Assembly: GCF_018977255.1 (NCBI RefSeq)
Contig: NW_024704742.1
Span: 64,172,001 to 64,236,000, forward strand
DNA: 64,000 nucleotides
Direction of reading: 5' to 3'
From: Callorhinchus milii
Taxonomy: Eukaryota
Below are positions 11,925-24,408 of this stretch, one piece after another. The notes under the pieces were generated by a model, which had not been told where the DNA came from, made no database searches, and saw only the letters and a program-made list of their open reading frames with translations. A program made the translations under genes and the position numbers. Position 1 is the first letter of the stretch. Each line of letters begins with the position of its first letter.

Positions 11925-13556
11925 ACTCTATTCACTCTATTCTAGAATATTCACTCTACCTTCCTCCCACCTCAACATCAAGCTGTTTTTTTAAAACAAG
12001 TCCAGTGTCCCGGCATCGCCCATCTTTCTATTCTACTAATTGCCCCTTGTGTCAATAGATACTTCCTGATATCTGACTTAAACTGTTGCCTCCACAGGCC
12101 TGAACCTCATGTCCTGAAGTCTTGGCATGTCTCTTACTCACTCTCAGGATGTGGGAGACTGTGGCAGGTTCAGATTTTTTTGCCTATTCCTAGTTGTCCT
12201 GAGAAAATAATTAAATGCCTGAGATGTTGATATTAATAAGATAACATATGTGAGCCAGTCCACAAATGAATTCAACATTCTGGACAATATCATGCTTCCT
12301 GACGGGTTCCAACCTCACTCAGTTGACAGCACTCCTGTCACAGAATCAGGGAGTTGTGGGTTCAAGCCTCATGTCAGGACTTTGAAATTCCCCAGTCTAC
12401 ACTGACATTCCAGTGCAAGGCTGGGGAACATGGAATGCAAGGCTGGGGAACGTATAATATAAATAATATAATATAAATTGTATTGTATTAACATCTCGTG
12501 AAAGGACACTGTGTCCTTTCATGAGATGTTTATACAATACAGTACAATACAATTTGGATTTGTACAGCCCCTTTCACATAGGGAGGATATTTCAAAACAG
12601 TTTACGCAGCTGTAGTAAGTCAGCAATGCCAGGATCATTTATTTATAATTGTTTAATTTCCACAAAATTTCAAAGTTATAATCAGAATCATTACCCTCTA
12701 AATGATAAAGAATAGCTGAGAAATATTTTACATTGTGCTCAAGTAATAATTTATTCATCTATTTTTGCAGTCAGTGCCCTTGAAAGTCAACCTCATTTCC
12801 TATCATTAATTCAATTAACATTAAATTGCAATTTTGCTGTATATGTTTTATAAGGAAATTTAGACTATCACCCATAGTATTGATGTGAAGTGTCAGAATT
12901 GCACAATGAGTCATGACAACAGTTTTGTTGTTCTTTAGGGAAGTCAACTTCGGAGGATTCTGAAATATGTTTCAATTCCAAATTCCATCTGGTCTTTACC
13001 AATGAAACCATTTTGTCTGAGAATTATGATTATGCAGAATTGTGGTCTTAGATTAGAAGCCATTCTTTTGAAGGATGGAATATGAAACAGCTTTCAACTG
13101 GCTCCACTTACCCATTATCCCTCCCCAGAGTATAAGCAACAACAACAACAAAATTACATTTGTAAAGCGCCTTTCACGTCAGGAGGGTGAATAAAACATT
13201 CTCATCCTCACCTCCATACCTGGCACCACACACTTTCTGAGTTCCAACACTTCCCTAGGCCACTCCTTTCACTCTGCCAACTCCAGCCTGCTTCATGACC
13301 CACCTTCTTGACTGTGCTTTCTGCCCCCTGTTAGCCAGGACACTGGGAGAAACTCTCTTCTCTTTTTCGAATAATACCATGGGATCTATAATTTCCGCCT
13401 GAACAGGCAGACGGGACCTCAGTTTAACCATTTTGTCCAAAGGGTTATTCGATTTTTACAACCCAACTCACAATGTAATGTTGAAATCAATCTGTTTTAT
13501 TGCCGTTAGCAATAGTCAGACCAATGCAGGGCCACTGTGGCACCAATAACATTGTT

Positions 13557-13946
13557 GAGTCCTGTAACGTATTGGTTAGAGACCTCTTCACTCAAACAAG
13601 AGGACCTGGGTTCAATTCCCAAGCAGGGCGAAAAGTTAGGCAACTTAACTTACTCCACTTGCCTCTTATTACCTAGCAGTAAGTCGGAACACAGTTGTTA
13701 GTCAATTAGTGGGTTACTTTTCTGGGGGTAATGAACCCTTCAAAGATAAACTTTTTAAAAAATAGCAATTTGGTCACTCAGTCCAGGACTGTTTGTGGGA
13801 CACTGCTGTATGCAATTGGCTACCGCATTTCGCCCACAAAATATACAGTCAATTCACTTTACAGTATATTCTGTGAAGCACTTTAAGATGTCTCGAAGAC
13901 GTAATAAGGCTCTATATCAATTGAAAGGATTATTATTGTTATTATT
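13557..13946 (+). mobile_element. SINE family A, long subtype
   Basis: gagtcctgtaacgtattggttagag head, ttacctagcagtaagt box, Deu segment, (att)n tail. Confidence 0.88.
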
Positions 13947-14489
13947 TGTTGTGAAATGTGCTTATGTTAAACTATTTGCTTGCTGTTCCTTTATCTAAGA
14001 TTTCTGCATCCTCAGCTGGTTCAGCGTGTGTGGTTTGACTCCTCCATATCTAATGAGGATTTAATGCCTGAGAATGATTGAAAACACCAGTGGGAGCTAT
14101 GCTTTCCTCACTCATGCTACTTAGAAACACAGGCCAGTCCATCACAACAGTCGAGGCAGAGAGTAACGGCAGGAGCTTGAAAATGACTGCAAGGGATCAG
14201 CTAGGAACTGTACCAAGAATAATACTCCATTCCAGGTGGAAGCACACACTGACTTAGCAAAAAATCTGAACCAAAGAGAGATTTCTTATCAGTTTGACCC
14301 CCGCTGAAGTCACTGTGCACAGGATTTATTATTATTTCTTCAAAAATCCATCTCCTTGTCCAGTGCTTAGCTGCTGTTCTCTAGGGTGAATTCCAATGAA
14401 TCTTTAATACATTTCACCAACTGCACACGTCTTCATCAGGCTTGGTTGAAAGCTTTCCAGTAGCTCAGTTGTCAGATTTTATTGTTATC

Positions 14490-14789
14490 CTTCCTTCAGA
14501 TGATACATTAAACCGAGGTCCCACCTGCTTATTCAGGTGGATGTTAAAGATCCCATGACACTCTTCGAAAAGAGAAGGCAGCTTCTCCCGGTGTCCTGGC
14601 CAACAATCCCCCAAATAAAATTGGGACTCACTCCATGGCTTTTCGTGGGACATTGCTGTGCGCAACTGGCTGCCACATTTCGCACATAAACATGGAAAAT
14701 TCACTTTATAGTATATTCGGTGAAGCGCTTTGAGACGTCTCAATGACATGATAAGGCGCTATGCCAAGTGCAAGGAGTATTATTATTAT
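14490..14789 (+). mobile_element. SINE family B, headless copy
   Basis: caggtggatgttaaagatcccatgacactcttcgaaaagagaagg...gtgggacattgctgtgcgcaactggctgcc...tail. Confidence 0.8.
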
Positions 14790-15151
14790 CTTTTGTTTGG
14801 TCTTTATAAGTTGAGGTGTAAAAGCAAGAAACCAGTATCAGTGAGACAAATTAGTGGTGTCCTGTGTATGTAATGGATAAATTGGTGCTAAGACAATTCA
14901 CCCACAATGCTTCAATACACAGGACTTCATTATATACACCAATAACATTTATTTAAGTATAAGACCATAATGATGGTACCTGAGAAAAAAAAGAAGACAT
15001 TGCTATTTGTATGTGTTCTGTTCTCCAGATTGATAATTTTGCCTTTTTGTATCATTAATATCGTCACATAAAATTATTAGCTCTACCATATTCTCTGTAA
15101 CTTGATTAATTTGATGTCCAAACATCCACTGACGATTCACATCAACAGTAT

Positions 15152-15417
15152 AGTGATGCCCTGAGCATATAGTGATACTTTGTGTATGTAATGATATCCT
15201 GTGTGTATAGTAATGCTCTGTGTATATAATGATGTCCTGTGTTTATGGTGGTATCCTGTGTATACAGTAATGTTTTGTGTGAACAGTGATTCCGTGTGTG
15301 TATAGTGGTGTCCTGTGAATACAGTAATGTCTTGTGTGTACAGTGATTCCCTATGTGTTTAGTGGTGCCCTATGTATATTGTGATGCTTTGTGTATGGAG
15401 TGATGCCCGACATGTGG
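15152..15417. repeat. Minisatellite, 14 x 19-bp diverged units (consensus about AGTGATGYCCTGTGTRTAT)
   Basis: Units counted in exact 19-nt register from 15152 to 15417; an isolated unit lies at 14853-14871. Confidence 0.92.
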
Positions 15418-16211
15418 AGTCTGCCGAGCACAGCACAGCAAAGCATAGATTGGTGTGTTTGAATTGAACACTATATAATGGTGACTAAAATGTGTAACTG
15501 GAGTATTAATTAGGTTAGATGTAAATCAAAAAATATTCATCTGAACAGAATGAGCATTCTGCATTCTCAGAGGAGATGTTCTGCTGGATATTTAATAGTT
15601 AGGGTATAAAAAATATTGAAACAAATGTTAGTGATGACAAGGTCTTCACAATAATAAAAATAAATAGTCAACCATTTCCTCTATCATTATCAGAAAATGA
15701 ACATAACAGAACAACATAATGCTTCAATGTTCTCTGTTCAGTGAAATTGATGGGGCGAATCAATTGTCTATAGATTCATTATTTTAAAATGGATTTCCTT
15801 TTTCCGACCAAACAAAATGAGTTTGCTGCTCTCTCATTGTAATTACTGTTGCTGTCACAATTTTGCAGCAGAGACAGTAAAAATGAGACAGTAGATGTAT
15901 ATAAACATCAACTATCGTTCACTGATTACAGGAGAAGAATTGATGACCGATGAATCTGAACAGTATCTTTTGAAAAGGGTAAAAAATGGGAAGTTTTTGG
16001 CTGATATCTGTACAGAAACAGGCAACACAACTTCTGAGATGTAAATGTGACATACTTTGCCATAAAAATATAGTCTTACACTTTATAGTATATCCTGTGA
16101 AGCGCTTTAAGACATCCTTGCAATTTTAAAGCCAGTATATCAAATTATTATTATTATTTAGAACCTTTTTGTTTTAGCGATTTTGCAATTTTCTCTAGTG
16201 CCAAAGCCACT

Positions 16212-16590
16212 TGTGTGCTATAGAGAGCTGGCCCCTCTCACCAGCTGTTATCACAGACAGGTAGTGCACTGATGCACTTCTCTGTGGACACATGGAGCAG
16301 AATCTCAGAGATATTCAGGTGAAGATAATTGTATGAAGGTCCCATCAGATCCCAAAGCATGAGCAGAGCTTGAAGCATATATTAGCAACTTCGCAAGCAG
16401 CTCCAAGGAAATCCCTTTAAAAAAAGGAGGAAATCTTGAGTGTGGGACAAAAGGAGATAGAGAAAGAATGTGAAGTGTCTGCCACATGGTTTTAGGTGGC
16501 TTTGGATTTAAAGGAGCAATGCCACGTTCATTTTGTTTTGCGTTTTTCCTCTCTTTAAAAGTATATGAATTCCTCCCACTTTCTCAGAAG
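16212..16590 (+). repeat. Copy 1 of a ~385-bp dispersed direct duplication
   Basis: Co-linear with 44219-44610, with long identical runs such as gcaagcagctccaaggaaatccctttaaaaaaaggaggaaatcttgagtgtgggacaaaaggagatagagaaagaatgtgaagtgtctgcca. Confidence 0.95.
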
Positions 16591-17196
16591 TAATAATAAT
16601 AATAATAATCATTGCACTTGATATGTCATTAAGACAACTCAAAACGCTTCACAGGATTTACTGTGAAGTATAATGTGTGTATTTTGTAAGCGATCCTGGC
16701 AGCCAATTTTCGCACAGCAACCACAAACATAAAAGGTAATTTACAACAGGAATAGGTTGCCAGGAAGGGTGGTTGAGGGCAGAACGCTGGACTCAAATAA
16801 CAAAGACCTTTACACTATAATGAGAGGACATTAGGTTGAGTATTCTTGAGGGATGATTTTGAATGGGCCAAAGGGCTTCATGCAACCCACTCTTATCATC
16901 TTGAGAAATGTTAGAGGTTGATCCAATCTGAACCTCCAACAATCTCGCCCTAGCTGTCCAGACAAACATAGGAGCGAGGGTACAGGGAAGACTTCCTTAT
17001 CTACATGGTGAGATTCTAGCTTATTCTAAGGACCTCCCTGGATCATTCGACAGATCAATTAATTCTCTCACAAAAGTAAAACTTGCTAATGTTTTGACTT
17101 TGTGCTGTTGAGATGTGTGGTTGACAACCAGACAACGATTTCAAGAGCAAGCAATGCAGTTTTAGCTAGTTAGACTCCAGCAGTACCCCAATGCAT

Positions 17197-17415
17197 ACTC
17201 TTGGGTCCCCAAGCCTCAGCTCTTGCTAGCCTAATACTTTCTGGAATTAGGTAAGCAGGATGCCTCCCTCCAGGGAGAGAGAGCACATTCCATTCCAACA
17301 ATCTATCTCTGGGATTTCCATATGTAGATGGGATGCATGGAAATCTCAGTTTGGTTTGGATGCTTTTAGGCATTGTGATGGGTTTCCGCATGTGTCAGAC
17401 ACCCAGCTGACCAAA
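17197..17415 (+). repeat. Unnamed interspersed repeat family C (ends TGTGTCAGACACCCAGCTGACCAAA)
   Basis: Aligns by eye with 54361-54567 (-), 27380-27526 (+), 43163-43306 (-) and short pieces at 18778-18817 and 59159-59193. Confidence 0.8.
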
Positions 17416-19007
17416 GGAAAGGCTGTAGGTTCACTATTTCTGATCCAGGAAGATGCTGAGAGGAAGTTGATTTATTCCTCAAAGGGATAAGGAACATAAG
17501 GAAGTCTCCTCCCCCCACCCTCCCCAATGTCTGGCAAAATTTCTATTTGACACTGTCTCTATCACTTCTACTCTGTGATGTTACTCCATGTGAAGGGTGC
17601 TAAAGTTGTTGCACCATATTTGACTTTCATTCTTGTCTATGCAGCACGTCATTTCTTCAGCTAAGAGGTTGAAAAGTGTTATACGTCCAGGTCTCAGTGG
17701 TGCTTCTCTTTTATGAATTGCTAAAAGAATTGCCACTTGGTCTTATTCCCCATAGAAAGAGGCTTGACCTACTTGTTGGGCAGCCCAACATCAGGGCCTC
17801 ACCAGATGTTTAACCACATTTCATGATAAGAAAACTGTAATTATTGCATTTCTAAAACATGAAATGAAGAATAAGAATGTAATAAATAGCGTTTTAGCAT
17901 TCAGTAGTGCTTTTTTTAACATATTTGTTTTTTTTAGAAATTATACGCTTCTTTTTAATTGTGCATTTCTTTTAAGAATTCTGTTAATTCTTGGGATGTC
18001 CTCCCGACATGAAAGGCACTATACAAATGTAATTTGGTGGTGTTGTTAAGAAACCCCACAAATTAGATCCTACGTATGGAACTATGCACGATATCATACT
18101 TAACAACACAATATAAAATATAATAACATGTTGGTACAAGATCGCCTAAGAATCCATTGATGTCCATTCTTAGAAATTAACAAATTAACACTTCTATTAC
18201 TTCTGGAATAGAGTTTGCCACAAGAGTTGAAGTCCTGACATGTAGAAAGGCAAAAGTCTCGGAGAATACTTGTAATTCTATCTATAGCCAAGGTCCCTTT
18301 GCAGCTCATCACACAGATAATAAATCATATAATTAACAAGTGGGAAGATTTCAAGCAAGTAATCATACACTGAAATGCCTTGAATTTCCTCATTAGACTG
18401 GGATCACTAAAGTCTCAACTGCAATGATGAATAGAAATGGGGGCAGTGGAAAAGCCACACTGATGCTGCAATGAAGGCTCCAGTGACAGACATTCCAATC
18501 CAGCTTTCCAGAATTAAGATACAGCGATTGCTCACTTTCCATCGTGTCTCAATGGCATTAATAAATTGCCCACCAAATCTCAACTGTGATGCATGGCATC
18601 ACTTTCAATGCTATCTAACTGAGAACAGGCACATTGAGAGGAGGGATGGCCAGTCCTTTATTCCTGGTTTATTGTATATTGCACTTTTTCTGTTGATTTG
18701 GTTCAATAATTGTGCCAAATTACTGCACAAAACGGTTAGTGTGCCAAGCCTTGACTCCTGCCAAACTGGGCCTAAAAATCTCCAGAATTAGATAAGCAGG
18801 ATGTGTCCCTCTAGGGACCCAAAAAATAATGATCACATCATTGAAAATTGCAGTTAAGACCAGATGATATTTGTTGACTGGTGTGTGGGATTGATTTTCC
18901 TTTGACTCGTTGATAGTTGAGCCTGAGGCCATCATCAGCTGCCACTAGAGCTAGAGCCATAAATTCAATTGCCAATTCCAGTGACATTTGCTAAACTCTA
19001 TTTTTGT

Positions 19008-19378
19008 TATAATAATAATAATCCATGCTTTTGATATAGCGCCTTATTACGTTGTTGAGACATCTCAAAGCGCTTCACAGTATATACTGCAAAGCGAATT
19101 GACTGTATTTTCTTGTAGGTGAAACACGGCAGCCAATTGTACACAGCAGTGTTCCAAAAGCAGTCTTGGATTGGGTGACCAATTATTATTATTAATAATG
19201 GGGGGGAAAAATTATTCTCTATACACCAATCAACTAGCAATCAGGTTTCTACTTACTGCTAGGTAAACAGAGGCATGTGGAGTAAGGAAACTTGCCTAGG
19301 GTTTCGCCCGGCTCGGGAATCAAATTCAGGTCCTCTTGCATACGTAAAGAGTGCTGTAACCAATATGCTGTAGGACTC
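19008..19378 (-). mobile_element. SINE family A, long subtype
   Basis: Complete head, box, Deu segment and tail on the minus strand. Confidence 0.88.
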
Positions 19379-19890
19379 AATTTTAGTTGAATTAAGCCTG
19401 TACTAAGGTGATGTATCGATAAACATCAAACATTCCACAAACAGTATGAAGTCAATGGCCAATTTTGAGTCGGTTTCCCTACTTTTAATAAATGCAAGGA
19501 TTGTTATTATTATTGTTATTACAAAGCATAGAAACCCACTGCAAGGTGTGAATTGTGCATTTGATTTTACGGTATATTTATCCTGGAACAAACATTACTC
19601 CAAACAATGAAAACCTATATTTCAAATCTTTCGTGTGAAGAATACAATTCTGCAGCTGCGTATCATTCTGTGAAAAGAACCAGATGCACCTCAGCAGGAC
19701 TCTGGCTAAACATCAGATTAATTATGAGTAATTAACAGAAAAAAATGAGAAGTGAAACAACATGAATTTGTAACAACCGATGCTTCATATCAGACTAACA
19801 GCTGTCGGGTTATTGAGTTCAGTGCCCTGCTTATATTGTTCAATGTGGGATGATAATAACCCCGAAATTCCACCTAGTCTTAGCCAGCAG

Positions 19891-20309
19891 TAATAAATAT
19901 AATAATAATCCTTGCTTTTGACCTCGTGCTTTATCAGGTTGAAACACCTCAAAGAGCTTCACAGAGTTTTCTGTAAAGTGTAGCCATTGTGCATTTGTCG
20001 ACGAACGAGGCAGCCAATTTGCGCACAGCAATGTCCCACGAGCAGAAGTGAAGTGAATGATCAATTTTATCTGGGGGATTATTTGCTAGGACACTGGGAG
20101 AACTCCCTCACCCTTTGAATAATGCCATGAGGTCTTTAATGTCCACGTGAACAGACAGACAGACTTGATTTAATATCTGATGCGAAGCATCCCTCCACCC
20201 CCCTGCATTGGAGCATCAGTTTAGACTACTTCAGTTCTAAGTCCTGGCATGAATTAATCCACAACCTTCCGACTCAGAGGCAAGGTTGTTCCAACTGAGT
20301 CAGGCTGAC
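19891..20309 (-). mobile_element. SINE family B, near full length
   Basis: Tail at the left end; head cacaaccttccgactcagaggcaaggttgttccaactgagtcaggctgaca at the right end. Confidence 0.85.
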
Positions 20310-20528
20310 AGGATGTGCTGGGGAGCCACCTCCTTGCGGTGGTAAGGTGTTAGAAAGATACAGGCTCCAGCGAGATTGATTTCTAAGACTGCTTCGATCA
20401 AACCCATTCGCACCCCCATTCTCCTCAATTTATTCCTTGAAAGAGAGTAAAAATTAAAGTAGGAACAGCTTATCTCCAAGGTTCTCCCCTGAGTTACAGA
20501 TCAAGAAATATTATTATATGAATATATA

Positions 20529-20620
20529 GGAGTTCTGTAGCGTATTGGTTAGAGTCTGAAAAGTGAGAGGACCTGGGTTGGATTCCCAGGCAGCGAAACA
20601 TGAGGCAAGTTTCCTTACTC
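20529..20620 (+). mobile_element. SINE family A head only
   Basis: ggagttctgtagcgtattggttagag...ggcaagtttccttactc, then an abrupt switch to L2 sequence. Confidence 0.8.
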
Positions 20621-20624
20621 TAAG

Positions 20625-22845
20625 ATTCCAAGATGGCAACGGTCAGGAGGCTGGGTTGACGAGGCGCTCCTGGATCCTGATGTGCATGGGGCCGGCTGTG
20701 GGTCATTCAGACTCAAGCTGGGGCATCGGGAGCCCTGGGGCTTGAGGTCAAGGCTGCCGCAATTGACCCGAGCTGTTTTCCCAAGATGTTCCCGACCCCG
20801 TCCCCTTCCCTCCACTACTCCATTCAACCCTCCTCTCCCTCCACCTGCCCTGACTCCTATCTCTCCTCGACTCCACCAAGTCCTCACTCTGCTCCTCCCT
20901 TCACATTCTCGTCATTCCTAACGTAGTAGACGCTGTCGGCTGTCATATAGCACCCATCCTGATTGCCCCTACCCCCACCCTCGCCGGAAGGCCCACCGGC
21001 CTAACCCATGGGAGCCAACCTTTCCTCCCACACTCACATCCCAGTCCAACCCATCCGCCCACCCCCTCCCACCCATCATCCCCCCACACACTCTCACCAC
21101 TAACTGTCCCCTCCTCATCGGTCTGTAGAACATCCGCTCACTAAGCAACAAGTCCCTCACAATCCATGACCTCACTGTCGAGGAAAATATTAACATCTTC
21201 AACCTCACCAAAACCTGGGTCACTCTAGGCGACACCTCCCCACTAGTTGAGGCCACACTTCCAGTATACATTTTACACCAAATCCCACGGCCTAATTTCC
21301 ATGGTGGTGGTGTGGTTCTAATTTCTCAGTCCCCCCTCGGCCTTTCCCCTTACTCCTCCAGAACCTTCCCCTCCTTTGAACACCTTACCCTCCACCACCC
21401 CTCCAGGCTTTCCCTCAAAATCCTCCTTGTTTACCGGCCCCCCAAGCCTTCCCTCACCTTCCTCTCGGACATCTCCACCCTCCTATCTTCCCTCTCCCTC
21501 TGCTCTGAAGGCCTCCTAATCTTAGGCAACTTCAACCTCCACTTCACCCCCTCCTGCTCTACCACTGCCGACTTCTCTTCCTTCCTCTCTTCTCTTAACC
21601 TTTCCCTCCACATCCACTCCCCCACCCACGTCCATGGCCACCCCTTGACCTCGTGATCACCTGGGACCTCATCATCTCGGACATCACCATCATCGATAAA
21701 GCCATCTCGGACCACCACTTCATCTCCCTCAACACCTTAGTACCCCTTCCCAACCCTCCACCATCACATACCATGCATTGAAAAAAAATTCCTCCCTCTC
21801 CACTGCCCTGGAGTCATCTGAACTCCTCCACCTCTGGCCCTCACTGACCAATCTCCCCTCCTCACTCTCCTTTCTCTACAACCCCCTCACATTCTGGACT
21901 CGCTTGCCCCCCCTCACCTCCCGTAAATCCCCCTGGTACACCAGCCATCTCTGTTCCTTCAAGGAACAAGTGCAAGCTGCAGAACGCACCTGGACCAAAT
22001 CCAAACTAATGGTCCATCGGCAGATTTGGCTTCACCACACCAAGATCTACCACTGCGCTCTTGCCTCCGCCGAATCCTCTTTCTACTCCACGGTTATCTT
22101 GGAGACAAAGGACAACCCCAGACTTCTCCTTTCCACCACAAACCATCTCCTCCATCCACCTTCCCATACCTCCCCCATCCTCTCTTCAAACTCCAACTGT
22201 GAGGAGATGCTGGACTTTATCGAATCTAAAATCGAGGGGATACGTTCAGCCACCTCTGCCCCGTCCACAGCCACCCCCACATCACCTCTCCCTCATGACC
22301 CCCCCCCACCCATCCCCCCCTATACTCCTTTGACTCTATCTCTCTTTCTTCCCTCACCACGACTGTCCGCAAATTCAAACCCACCACCTGCTCCCTCAAT
22401 CCCATTCCCACCTCTCTCCTCAACTCCCAGCTCCACCTTCTGGCCCCTCTCCTGTCCAATGCCATCAACTTCTCCTTGTCCACTGGTTCAGTTCCCACCC
22501 CACTAAAAACAACCGTCATCACCCCCATCTTGAAAAAACCTTCCCTGGACCCATCCCTCCTCTCCAACTGCAGCCCCATCTCTAACCTTCCATTCCTCTC
22601 CAAGGTCCTGGAATGAGTCGTCGCATCCCAGCTCCGCTCCTTTTTTTCTCGCCATTCCCTCTTTGAACCTCTCCAATTCAAGGGCTCTGTCCTTGGCCCT
22701 CTCCTCTTTAATATCTATATGCTTCTCTGTGGTGACATCATCCACAGACATGGGGTCAACTTCCACATGTATGTGGATGACACCCAACTCCATCTTTCTG
22801 CCTCCACCCTCAACTCCAGGACCACTGCTGTCCTGACAGACTGAC
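20625..22845 (+). mobile_element. L2-clade LINE retaining its probable 5' end and endonuclease; internal deletion; 3' end missing
   Basis: Starts ttccaagatggc; from 21111 translates LLIGL*NIRSLSNK...NLTKTW...GGGV (APE endonuclease motifs); later ITPILKKPSLDP and [10 protein letters not shown] (RT); deletion at ~22680 joins the QS motif to the QGS motif. Confidence 0.93.
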
Positions 22846-22850
22846 ATTCA

Positions 22851-23177
22851 GAGTAAGGAAACTTGCCCAAGGTTTCGCACTGTCGGGAACCTAACCCAGG
22901 TCTCCTGCGAGGCGAGTGCTCTAACCACTGAGCTACAGGACTACAGAACTGGTTGTCAGCCAATTGGCGGATCATTTTTCTGGGGATAATAATCCTTCAA
23001 ACAAAAATAATAATTTGGTCACTTAATCTACGACTGTTTTTGGGACATTGCTGTGTGCCCGTTTTGCCTACAAAATATATAGTCAATTCACTTTACAGTA
23101 TATTCTGTGAAGCGCTTTGAGACGTCTCGAAAATGTGATGAGGCGCTGTATCAAATGCATGTATTATGATTATTATT
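22851..23177. mobile_element. SINE family A: inverted head (22851-22944, -) abutting a headless body (22946-23177, +)
   Basis: Reverse-complement head from gagtaaggaaacttgccc to agctacaggact, immediately followed by gaactggttgtcagccaattggcgg...tail. Confidence 0.85.
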
Positions 23178-23486
23178 AATGTTCCGCCATTTTTGCAACT
23201 TTCTGACACTCACTCTTCATCGCTCTAACCAACGTACCTGGCCCAACGGGAACAAAGGCACCTTCAGACCTAAGTGACGTGTCAGCTCAGACCTGCTTGG
23301 CTGCCTGTCCAGGCTGCACAAACAGTGGTAAACTGCTGGGTTTCACACTCAGTCAACCCAAGGTTTCATTGATGTTTCAGTATCGTCTTTTTAAAACGAA
23401 TGATCAGATTTTCCAAGTCTGCAATCAGAAATCCCAAGGGAACTCAAAGAAAATAAATCTTGTTGTAGTTCTCGGATAATAGCTTG

Positions 23487-23500
23487 GTTACTATGGTAAC
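23487..23500. promoter_or_regulatory. RFX X-box motif
   Basis: GTTACTATGGTAAC is a near-palindromic match to the 14-bp X-box, in non-repeat sequence. Motif match only; function not shown. Confidence 0.45.
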
Positions 23501-24164
23501 TGTTGCAAAAATAGCTTTGCAAGTTTGCCACATATAGATGTTATACATCTAAAGCCTTTTAGAAGTTCTACTTGTTTTTGACAATAATATTACTGAAGGA
23601 AATTGGGATGAAAATTCCAGAATAATTGTAAAATAATTTGAGACAGTTTAATGGTGAAGACTCTATATAAAATACAAGGATTATTGTTATTTTTATAATG
23701 TTATCCAATGGGGTTTGACTCTGTCAACAGGAGAGTGAGAGAGAAAGAGCTGAGACTAACTTTCTAGGTTTATTTTGACAAGAGTGTGACTGGGCTCCAA
23801 ATATTACTGTATAAAACTACTGGAATTATTTCACTATGTCTTACTGCAACTGCAGATATGCTGGTGTAAGTCTCTCTGTTGCATTGTTACCAGGGTTCAG
23901 TGTTGCATCCTTATTATCTGACACATTATCCCAAGCCATTATCCCAAGAACAACAAATTACATACGTATAACGCTGTGATCAAGAGGGTCACCCATTGAT
24001 CTTCTGGTTAGTTGCATTCAACTTCCAGTTAAAGAGTGGTGGCACTCCACTGACAACACAAACCCTATTGAAACTACTGTCCTACTAGCCAACAGTCGCA
24101 AGCTTTGAGCCAGGGCTCAAATGCAGGACCTGGCTTCACACACATCGGTATTAGTTAGAACGAT

Positions 24165-24408
24165 GGGTAGAAATTTTCCCTAAATCTAGATTTACTCCAT
24201 TCATTCAATAATTTAGTGTGCGCAGAATTTGGAAAATTGCTGAATCCAGTTCCAACTTTGATATCCATTTTTCTGCTGTTCTTAAAAAAAACTACCAGAA
24301 AATCCAGCTTTGAACTTAAAGACCACATTTAAGGATTTGCCAAATTATGAATGTTGTGAAATGGTATGTTAGGAGAGTTAGCCTGGATCTCTGGTGGAAT
24401 TTCTACCC
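24165..24408. mobile_element. Probable MITE, 244 bp
   Basis: Perfect 11-bp terminal inverted repeat GGGTAGAAATT...AATTTCTACCC with further imperfect pairing inward; flanked by AT on both sides. Confidence 0.6.

Noticed and set aside
15152..15417. Regularly spaced repeats as a CRISPR-like array
   Set aside because: Contiguous tandem units with no spacers, in a vertebrate-type context with no cas genes.
15832..15888. Small imperfect hairpin (tctcatt/aatgaga, ttactgt/acagtaa, tgctg/cagca)
   Set aside because: Short, AT-rich and bulged; plausible by chance.
15896..16045. 49-codon ORF with faint resemblance to a CENP-B/Tigger helix-turn-helix (LLKRVKNGKFLADIC)
   Set aside because: Too short and weak; no downstream transposase sequence or terminal repeats seen.
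19780..19815. Fragments reminiscent of pre-miR-21 (tatcagact, tgtcgggt)
   Set aside because: Wrong order and no intact mature sequence; coincidental.
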